This document shows, in pieces, positions 20,280 through 27,687 of a DNA stretch of 37,295 nucleotides. Source of the stretch: an uncultured Gammaproteobacteria bacterium (GTDB lineage Bacteria > Pseudomonadota > Gammaproteobacteria > GCA-001735895); NCBI GenBank assembly GCA_963976575.1, contig CAXBMV010000001.1, positions 1 to 37,295 on the forward strand. The letters are read 5' to 3'. The notes under the pieces were generated by a model. That model was not told where the DNA came from and ran no database searches. It was given only the letters and a program-made list of their open reading frames with translations. Position 1 is the stretch's first letter. Every line of letters starts with the position of its first letter. Made by a program: the position numbers and the translations under genes.

Positions 20280-20761
20280 TTTATCTCTCCTTTGCGAGTC
20301 AATAAGGGTTGGTTCGACTAACACTTAACACTATGCGAAACATTAGTAGGGGCCGGCAAAACAGCAGAATCGTCATTTGGGGAATGCAAAATCCTTTGCT
20401 GGACTCGGTTTGCTCAATGACATTGGGTACCTTCCCAGTGTAAGGATTCGAGCTTGCGCCTGAGAATCAGGTTTAGCAATTTGTTTTTTTAAAGATATGG
20501 TGGCTACACCTGGAGGCACTGCTATTCGGTATCGTCTATCAACTTCAATCCATAATCAGTCACTATTAGGCTGACTCACCCAAAAGCTCGAAGTCGAAAG
20601 ATGTCGCCAGGTGTCGAACATGCCGCTGAAGGTGGCGGGCGCGAGTGTCTCAGCTGGGTCGTCTTTTGCTGCTTGCTGAACCCAGGTGAATGTGCGCTTC
20701 GCTGCGGTAGCAACTATTTGAGCTTAACGGCTGAAATGTCCGTTAATGAGAAATCAGCAGA

Positions 20762-20795
20762 TTGATAGAAAATGGCGCGCTCGGCGGGAGTCGAA
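20762..20795. repeat. 28-bp direct repeat copy B, extended into a tRNA T-loop-like sequence
   Basis: The reverse complement of 20773-20795 is TTCGACTCCCGCCGAGCGCGCCA. That parses as T-loop + T-stem 3' half + 7-nt acceptor strand + discriminator G + CCA. The 5' partner of the T-stem is absent, so this is a fragment and not a gene. Confidence 0.7.
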
Positions 20796-21156
20796 ATAGA
20801 GCTATAAATAATTAATATATATGGATATATTTCAGTATGAAAAAAAAATTACCACCAATATTACCACCAAACGCACAGGTGCTTCGATCTACCTACCCCA
20901 ACCAATTGGTTACCCGGAAAATTATAATATGGGCAGCGGTGATGTATAACTAATTCGTGGAGATCCAATCAAACGACTGCCTATTCTGCGGTATAGAGCC
21001 TGGTAGGATTATAGTTGGGAATGCCTTAGCTACGGACGTTGGTATTAAAGTTAAGGTATGATTTGGGAGAAACAATAATCTAATGCCCGCTCAATAATTA
21101 TTAAGAGGCCACCGGCCTCATAGATATGCTGTTGAGGTATCTAAAGGATCAAAGAA

Positions 21157-22059
21157 ATGGCGATAGTAGATCTTAGGGAGTTTGAGGAGGAGTTTGTAGT
21201 CCACTTCGGGACCGAACGAACTCGCATTAACGCTTATACCCTCGCTTCAACTTTAGTAGCTATCGCGGATGCAACTCGTGAGGCAAATCAGATTGTTAAT
21301 CCAGGCTACTCTGTTGAGGTAGTAGTTGAAGCAATTAGCCCTGGAAGCTTTCGGGCAAAGTTCAAAGCCGTTTACACCGGCGCTGGCAATTTATTCTCGA
21401 ATGACAATCTAAAGACTATCGCCCTAAATGTAGTGGCATCATATATATTTGTAAATACCTTAGCACCAGATACAGAAGTTTCTGTGCGAGTAGATGATTC
21501 TCAAGTGATTATCGAGCAAGGCGACAAAACAATTATCGTGTCTAAAGAAACACACGACGCGATGAAAAATGTCGAGAAATCCCAGAAGTTTCGTCAAGAC
21601 ATAGGTAAGGCATTTTCTGCAGTAGAAAAAGACCAGGAAATTCACAGCATTGGTATCGCTCGCTCTCTCGATGATGAAAAATCGCCGCTTGAGATACCGC
21701 GTCAAAATTTTGGTTTGCTGAGCCAAGAAGCGATTCTTGAATCTGATAAGAGAGAACTTATTGAAGCCGCAGACTTAGAAATACTAAGGGCGGTTCTTGA
21801 GCGCAGCAAACGCAAATGGGAATTTGTTTGGCGAGGCGTCAAGATATCCGCACCTGTTCTGGATGAGAAATTCTTTGATGATTTTTTCGCTCATCGGATT
21901 ACAATTGCACCAGGCGATGCACTTCGTGTTCAACTTAAAATTTACCAACGCCGAAATGAGGACACTGGAATATATACTAATGAGCGATATGAGGTTACAC
22001 GTGTAGACGAGCACGTGCCACGTATGACCCAGATTGAAAATCCCCAAGGATACGTCTAA
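21157..22059 (+). CDS. hypothetical protein
   Basis: 300-aa ORF with an AAGGA-type RBS upstream. I recognised no domain. It is the first gene of a pair with the DUF3800 gene. Confidence 0.6.
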   Translation: MAIVDLREFEEEFVVHFGTERTRINAYTLASTLVAIADATREANQIVNPGYSVEVVVEAISPGSFRAKFKAVYTGAGNLFSNDNLKTIALNVVASYIFVNTLAPDTEVSVRVDDSQVIIEQGDKTIIVSKETHDAMKNVEKSQKFRQDIGKAFSAVEKDQEIHSIGIARSLDDEKSPLEIPRQNFGLLSQEAILESDKRELIEAADLEILRAVLERSKRKWEFVWRGVKISAPVLDEKFFDDFFAHRITIAPGDALRVQLKIYQRRNEDTGIYTNERYEVTRVDEHVPRMTQIENPQGYV

Positions 22060-22137
22060 CAGGCGTATGCAGTCGGACGTGGCAGAGCCGCGCCCCTGGA
22101 AGCGTTTTACGTAAAAAGTTTGCGAAACGGATAGTAC

Positions 22138-23268
22138 ATGCCACAAAAAATCTACTTTGATGAATCGGGTTTTACTGGGAATAACCTGCTCAATAACAAT
22201 CAAACGATGTTTTCATACGGATCAGTAGCAACTTGCGATGATGAAGCTAGAGACTTTGTTGAATATCTGATTAAAAAGTATGGTGTTCAAAATGGTGAGC
22301 TAAAAGGCAGTAAACTAATAAAATACAATAAGGGAAGGAAGGCCATCTCAGAAATATTTGATATATTTCAAGGAAGAATCAAAGTGTCATTGTCAGATAA
22401 AAAGTATGCACTATCAGGAAAATTCTTTGAGTATATATTTGAACCATGCTTTTCTGAGAACAACTCATTATTTTATAACATTAACTTTCATCGTTTCATT
22501 GCCAACATTCTCCACTTGGAGTTTGTTGCAAGAGGAGCTGGTGCCGAGGAAATATTCTCAGATTTTGAAGAGTTGATGAGGAACAGCGATAATCCAGAGC
22601 TTGAGTCTCTATTCAGCACAACCGTACATCCTGAAAACTCACCAATAATGGTTCAAATTAGGGAGTTCGCACTTTGTCAAAAAGGAGCCATAAAAAAAGA
22701 ATTAGCTTCTTTGCCAGGTGATGGTGTTGCAAAGTGGATTCTTGATCTTACAAATACAGCTCTTTTCTCTTTGTTGGCTAATTGGGGGCTAGAGCATGAG
22801 CAGCTAACAGCAATATGCGATGACGCAAAACCCTTGCAGCATGATCAGCAACTATATAACGCAATGATAAATAGAGAGGATAAACACTTTTCACATATGG
22901 GAGGGGAAAAGCATCCAATTACTTTCAATTTATCCGGGCCCATACAGTTAGTTGACTCAAAAACTTATCATGGTGTGCAACTTGCTGATGCAGTTGCAGC
23001 GGCTTCAATATATGCAGTAAGTGGAGCGTCCGATAAACACGCAGAGGAATGGAAAGGTATCATTCCTGATATAGCCATTTATGGTAGTTTGTTGCCAGAT
23101 TATGATTATGTCGATTTAAATCGATATGAGGTGCAACGAAATGCAGTTGTAATGCTTGAATTGCACTCAAGAGCTACAAAAAACCAATCTTTGCTAGACG
23201 GTATGCCTGAGTATATAAATATAATTACGCAAGAACTGATTCATAACCCATTGCAAATAAATGCATAA
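22138..23268 (+). CDS. DUF3800-family protein
   Basis: 376 aa. The N-terminal KIYFDESGFTGNN matches the DESG motif at the start of DUF3800 proteins. This is recognition from memory. Confidence 0.6.
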   Translation: MPQKIYFDESGFTGNNLLNNNQTMFSYGSVATCDDEARDFVEYLIKKYGVQNGELKGSKLIKYNKGRKAISEIFDIFQGRIKVSLSDKKYALSGKFFEYIFEPCFSENNSLFYNINFHRFIANILHLEFVARGAGAEEIFSDFEELMRNSDNPELESLFSTTVHPENSPIMVQIREFALCQKGAIKKELASLPGDGVAKWILDLTNTALFSLLANWGLEHEQLTAICDDAKPLQHDQQLYNAMINREDKHFSHMGGEKHPITFNLSGPIQLVDSKTYHGVQLADAVAAASIYAVSGASDKHAEEWKGIIPDIAIYGSLLPDYDYVDLNRYEVQRNAVVMLELHSRATKNQSLLDGMPEYINIITQELIHNPLQINA

Positions 23269-23423
23269 CAAATTATTGCGCCGGACAAATTGCCGGTGAA
23301 GAAAGGCGTTATCGTGCAATAGGTAATACACTCGGTGCAGTTGGGCTGGAAGGTAGTATTGAAAAAGGAAGCACAATAACTGAAATTGCTGATAATTCCT
23401 ACATACCCAAAAATCGAGGAAAC

Positions 23424-23750
23424 GTGAACGAGAAGCAAAAAATATTAATTATCTTTGGTCTATTTGGACTCTGTGTTTTGCTGAATATAATTTTTGTTGA
23501 ATGGGCTAGCAGACCTACAGACATAGCAGAAAGATATCCTCCTCTAATAACATTATTCACTTATGAAAAAGAAATGTACGATAACACTCCTGGGTTTAAA
23601 GTCGGGTCAAGATCGTATACTCAATCACGGGCAATCGGGATATATAGTGTGCCAAGAATTAACAAAGCGGTTTCTGCTGTGGTTGGCTTGATCGTTCCGT
23701 GCTCATGGAGGACATTTAACCGGTGCGCTGAAGGTTCATTATCAAGCTGA
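23424..23750 (+). CDS. small hypothetical membrane-anchored protein
   Basis: 108 aa with a GTG start preceded by GAGGA at 5-nt spacing. It has one N-terminal TM helix (ILIIFGLFGLCVLLNIIFV). Support is weak. Confidence 0.35.
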   Translation: MNEKQKILIIFGLFGLCVLLNIIFVEWASRPTDIAERYPPLITLFTYEKEMYDNTPGFKVGSRSYTQSRAIGIYSVPRINKAVSAVVGLIVPCSWRTFNRCAEGSLSS

Positions 23751-24029
23751 TTTTTCGCGGTACTGGCCCTCGGAAGTTAAAACTGATGCATATAGTCAAA
23801 GCCAGTGCTGGGAAAAATTAGCAACCCATCGAAGCCGTGGTGTGAAATTGTAGCGGGGTCGGTATCGAAGCCGAAATCAGTGAGTTTGGCACCGGAAATA
23901 CCGGTCGAATCATCCGGACGAATCTCCGGTCAAAACTCAGTCTAATTTCGCCTTCCTAGGCTATGAACGTCCTGTCTTATTTTATTTCACCTCCTGCTTT
24001 TCAGCTTTAGTTAAATTCAAGCCAGGTCC

Positions 24030-24514
24030 TTAAAGCTCCAGGCAGTTAACCACCCAGAGATTGTGATGAATCTCGGTTACTTCGCTGTTGAGTTCAAGAT
24101 CCCTTGCTATGCTGGTGTAATCAATATGGTTACGGATTAAGTCAGGTAGTTGATCCAATTGATATAAGTCCTCTACAAGCTCAAAGGCATAGTCTGCCAG
24201 GCTACCTCGATGCAGGATAACTTCGTCCCTTCGTTTGATAGCTTCATCAAGGTGCATGATCTCTATCAGGTAGCAGATGGCTGATGCTTCATGACTATCG
24301 TCTGAATACTTGTCCAGCTCATCGAACCAGATATCGACGTTACCCTGGTTAATGTTAGTGGCGTTAAACACACGAGGGTTATCACCGTCGATGTATTCAT
24401 TTCGACTTCTTCGTAGAGAGATTTATTCATGTTGCTTTCAAACTCTTCGGTGCTGGTGAAATAGAAACCGGTGTAGCTGGTGTCGTAAGGGTTTGCGTAT
24501 AGGGTCGTTGTCAT
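24030..24514 (-). pseudogene. ArdA-like antirestriction protein, interrupted by an apparent -1 frameshift
   Basis: The N-terminal part (MTTTLYANPYDTSYTGFYFTSTEEFESNMNKSLYEEVE) is in one frame. The rest (NEYIDGDNPRVFNATNINQGNVDIWFDEL...IDYTSIARDLELNSEVTEIHHNLWVV) is in another. The frames switch at an A-run near 24395-24405. Both halves resemble ArdA-family proteins as I recall them. Confidence 0.6.
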
Positions 24515-24578
24515 GACTGTTCTCCACCCAGGTACTCCCAGACCCCACTGATCGTTGAACCAGTAGTAACGATAGTAT

Positions 24579-25046
24579 TCATAGCAGCCCTCGCTCAGCA
24601 AACGAAATCACCTCTTCACCAACGATCAGATGATCGAGAACTCGAACATCGATTAAAGCTAATGCATCCTTCAGCCGTTTTGTGATCCTCTCGTCAGCCA
24701 GGCTCGGCTCTGCGATTCCGGACGGATGATTGTGGGCAAAGATAACAGCTGCAGCGTTACAGCTCAGGCAGGCTTTCAAGACCTCTCTGGGATAAACTGA
24801 AGCACTGTCAATGGTTCCTCTGAACAGCTCATCAAAAACAATCACTCTGTTACGGTTATCTAGGAAAAGACAGGCGAATACTTCGTGCTCGTAAGCGAAA
24901 AGCTTAAGCTTTACGAAGTCCTTGCTAGCTTGCGGACTGGTCATTGGTATTGAGTCTGGATCGTATAAAAGTCGAGATTCCAGAATCTTAAGTGCCGACT
25001 CAATAATGGCATCGTCGTTTGATATAGCGATTTGATTTGTGTTCAT
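24579..25046 (-). CDS. radC: RadC-like JAB/MPN domain protein
   Basis: 155 aa with the JAMM motif AHNHPSG and LLDHLIVG-type C-terminal blocks. This is the short stand-alone RadC form typical of islands and prophages. Confidence 0.85.
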   Translation of the reverse strand: MNTNQIAISNDDAIIESALKILESRLLYDPDSIPMTSPQASKDFVKLKLFAYEHEVFACLFLDNRNRVIVFDELFRGTIDSASVYPREVLKACLSCNAAAVIFAHNHPSGIAEPSLADERITKRLKDALALIDVRVLDHLIVGEEVISFAERGLL

Positions 25047-25068
25047 GATTTTCTCCAGTGAACGTTAA

Positions 25069-25107
25069 TAAAAAAGAGCCAGGACAACCGTTGAAGGTTG
25101 CTGGCTC
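25069..25107 (-). terminator. rho-independent terminator on the minus strand
   Basis: The hairpin pairs GAGCCAG..CAACC with GGTTG.CTGGCTC at 25076-25107. On the minus strand it is followed by TTTTTTAT (A-run 25070-25075). It sits just upstream of the radC RBS. Confidence 0.55.
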
Positions 25108-25400
25108 TATGGTTACGGGATGGATGTTATGACTGCTCTAATGAATTATGAGGCAGTAGGGCAGTGTTGGTGCGAGACTATGCAATGCTAAGGAATAGCC
25201 GGTGCAATAGAGCTCAAGCAGCGCGTTAACAGTAGCGTCAAGCTTCTGTTATTAGTGCTAATTGAGTGGAGTGGTGGCGAAGGGTACGGTGGTGACCGTA
25301 GCCGCGTTTGTGAAGGATGCCGCAGGCAATTTCCGTTGAATCTACCCCAATCCTATCGGAGCCTAATTACGCCATCCTTGTGCTCTGTACTACCTAGCCG

Positions 25401-25769
25401 TTATGACTTGGCCAGTTTCTTGGTGGATGCAGGAGCATCGTCGTCCAGGTCATCCTTGAGTAGGTCTGCGAGCAGCTTACCACTGCCTACGCCCACTGCC
25501 TCTATAGTGACGGACAATTCCTGACGTACGTACTTGTACGCCCTGGCGTCTGCTTCTTCCTCGGATGCTCCCTCTTGGATGAGGTAGCCCTTGGTGCTAG
25601 AGAAGGGAAGCAGGACTACTGCCTTGGTGCAAGGCACTGCTTGTCCGATGCTCTTGTTCAACAGCTCAGTACCATCGGCCAGTATCTGTGCGCCAAGGCC
25701 CACAGTGTTGATGGCTGCTGAGAATGTGTTCTTAGTTGCACGCACTAAGTTGCAAGTTGATTTACTCAT
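25401..25769 (-). CDS. hypothetical protein
   Basis: 122-aa ORF with an acidic C-terminus. No domain recognised. Confidence 0.5.
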   Translation of the reverse strand: MSKSTCNLVRATKNTFSAAINTVGLGAQILADGTELLNKSIGQAVPCTKAVVLLPFSSTKGYLIQEGASEEEADARAYKYVRQELSVTIEAVGVGSGKLLADLLKDDLDDDAPASTKKLAKS

Positions 25770-25977
25770 TTGTATTTCCTCTTTAGTAAAATGGGTCCCA
25801 TATTCCCGAAGTGGGGGGGTACCCAGCGGTACATAGCGCGGAACGCTATATACTGCCCCTACGCCAAAATTTTAAAAATCTATAAAGATTTCTGGGAAGC
25901 TGATAACGAAATTGATTGAATCGAGTAATTGATATACCTTGGGTTTTCAGTACTGGTCTAGCGGAGATATTCTGGAC

Positions 25978-26253
25978 ATGAACCGACGAGATTTTTTCAA
26001 CAGCATGGGAAGAAAGACTGCGCCAGTAGCTACTGGAGCCACTGCTCCTGCTCTCGTATATCTGAACTCGCTCAGTGACGAAATGAAAGCTTTAAGCAAA
26101 GATCTAAATGGAAAGTTAGGGGCTATATCAGCTGAAATAAAAGAACCGGTCCAGTCGCTACACAATCGCCTTGATGGTGCTGCTTTAGCAATTAGCTACC
26201 AGCAGATTCAGCTGTATTTCACGGTAAGGCAATGTCAAAGTCGACATAAGTAG
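25978..26253 (+). CDS. small protein with twin-arginine (Tat) type signal
   Basis: Track ORF 25939..26253. The ATG at 25978 gives MNRRDFFNSMGRKTAPVATGATAPALV, an RRxFF Tat motif plus an h-region. The mature part is about 60 aa with no recognised domain. Confidence 0.45.
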   Translation: MNRRDFFNSMGRKTAPVATGATAPALVYLNSLSDEMKALSKDLNGKLGAISAEIKEPVQSLHNRLDGAALAISYQQIQLYFTVRQCQSRHK

Positions 26254-26312
26254 CTGACTCCGGGAAACTTGCAATTTTTCCCATTTGTGTAGTAACTTTA
26301 GACGATTGACTT

Positions 26313-26795
26313 TTGCCAAAGATCCAGGGATGCAAATGTGTTAGCCAGGAAACTGCCTTAGTGAGTTCAAAAAAAATACAAGATACCTTTAAAAAACTGA
26401 TTGCTTCTAGTAGGCATCGCAGACTGATTGTTACGCAAAGTGAGGGGAAAAAGGTGAAGATTCACTCAAGGCCGAACTTCATAGAAATTGACGGTGTTGT
26501 TTATCAACTAGTACCAAAAAATTCTAAAGGACCGCAGCAACCCCAAACGGGAGATTTACATGGTAAAAATCCTAGAAACTACAATCGTTCAAATTCGCCT
26601 CAAAGACCAAGTTCGCACCCAAGAGAAGGTTCGCCACCAAGAGGCGCCCAATTTCGAAAAGAACCCGATAATCTTCCCGCGGAATGGGATAACTGGGAAA
26701 ACTGGGACAACTGGACCGATTGGGACAACTGGGGCAACTGGGACAATTGGGGCGATTGGACCCAATGGGACGACTGGGATAACTGGAGCAATTAA
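26313..26795 (+). CDS. candidate RiPP precursor with C-terminal (Trp-X-Asn/Asp/Gln)x12 core
   Basis: The ORF ends ...[39 protein letters not shown]-stop and lies two genes upstream of a radical SAM/SPASM gene. The start is uncertain: TTG 26313, GTG 26361, or GTG 26454. The last is preceded by GAGGGG at 6-nt spacing. Confidence 0.7.
   Translation: MPKIQGCKCVSQETALVSSKKIQDTFKKLIASSRHRRLIVTQSEGKKVKIHSRPNFIEIDGVVYQLVPKNSKGPQQPQTGDLHGKNPRNYNRSNSPQRPSSHPREGSPPRGAQFRKEPDNLPAEWDNWENWDNWTDWDNWGNWDNWGDWTQWDDWDNWSN
26685..26792 (+). repeat. 108-nt coding repeat with 9-nt/3-codon periodicity (TGG-GAY-AAC and variants)
   Basis: Read directly. There are twelve consecutive TGG codons spaced exactly 9 nt apart. 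Confidence 0.95.
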
Positions 26796-26883
26796 TAGAA
26801 TCAGGATAATGGGTTTTTGGGGAATCATCCCCAAATGGTTATATGTTGAACCTAAGTAAATAAATTCAAATAAATATTTGACT

Positions 26884-27687
26884 ATGAGAATTTCAATATC
26901 AACGGAGATTCAATCCATTAAGGCAATAAAGCCGCTTGAATTGAACCCTAGTTCGTATTTTGATGCTAGGGAAAGACGGATGCAGGAGCGCCATTTCTTA
27001 ACATGCAATTGGGGGGCGATTGAAGAATTGGAACTTGCCCCTCCGGAGAAGGGATGCAGGTCGGACATCTATTTCGGAATTGTTTCTGGTTTGAGCGATA
27101 TGTTCTGGGCCCAGTTTGGTGACCTTGAAAAAACTCCAATTGGCGAAATCGAACTTAATGAAAAAATAAAGGTTCCAGAGTTACGAGTTGAAAACTTAAA
27201 ACAAGTCATCTCCAAACTGGAAAGCGGAGTATCTAACTTTCCACTAGAAATTTTAAATTATCACGTTCTTCTGCAAGAAGGTAATAAACGATCAGCGGTT
27301 TTCGATGGCTGGTCAAATAATTATATAGGTCTCCATGCAGATTTTCTTACTTCATGGGGCTGGGAGAATCGTAATACTTTAGAGCGAAGACTGATTGTAA
27401 ACTTAGGGGATTCCCCTAGAGTATTAGCAATATCAAACGATGATTTGATTTCTCTTAGAGATAAATATGCTGACAAGTTCAGCGAGAAAGAATGGTCTCG
27501 TTTTACCGCTACCCCAAACAGCTTTTTTGTATCAAAAGTACTCGAATGTATAGGTCCAGATTTAATAACAGGTTATATCTTGGAACCTAATGAGTTTTGC
27601 ATCTTTCCAGCTCAAAACCACATCCACGATGGATTTACAGAAGGTTTTACGGATTTTGATGTCGTGCTTAATTGCCTAGTTAACTAG
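26884..27687 (+). CDS. hypothetical protein, possible double-stranded beta-helix (Fe/2OG oxygenase-like) fold
   Basis: Track ORF 26878..27687; I prefer the ATG at 26884. I recognised no family. Candidate metal ligands are GLHADF (HxD) and a distal NHIHDG about 100 residues later. This is suggestive only. Its stop abuts the rSAM start (TAG-GTG). Confidence 0.55.
   Translation: MRISISTEIQSIKAIKPLELNPSSYFDARERRMQERHFLTCNWGAIEELELAPPEKGCRSDIYFGIVSGLSDMFWAQFGDLEKTPIGEIELNEKIKVPELRVENLKQVISKLESGVSNFPLEILNYHVLLQEGNKRSAVFDGWSNNYIGLHADFLTSWGWENRNTLERRLIVNLGDSPRVLAISNDDLISLRDKYADKFSEKEWSRFTATPNSFFVSKVLECIGPDLITGYILEPNEFCIFPAQNHIHDGFTEGFTDFDVVLNCLVN

Noticed and set aside
19602-20795. Possible complete tRNA gene at either repeat copy
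   Set aside because: Only the 3' acceptor/T-arm part is present. Copy A diverges after GCGGGA. Copy B lacks the 5' T-stem partner, and no D-arm or anticodon arm follows. I call these att-like fragments, not tRNA genes.
24515-24601. N-terminal extension [19 protein letters not shown]... of ORF 24266..24601
   Set aside because: It overlaps the 3' end of radC and has odd composition. The ArdA-like sequence begins at the ATG at 24514 (MTTTLYANPYD), so the extension is an artefact of longest-ORF calling.
26560-26859. +-strand ORF giving a collagen-like TGxTGxTG protein, plus minus-strand ORFs 26589..26834 and 26600..26791, all over the same repeat
   Set aside because: These are alternative-frame and antisense readings of the 9-nt periodic TGGGAYAAC repeat. 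Any periodic repeat stays open in several frames. Only the W-X-N frame is contiguous with a long upstream ORF and fits the adjacent rSAM enzyme.
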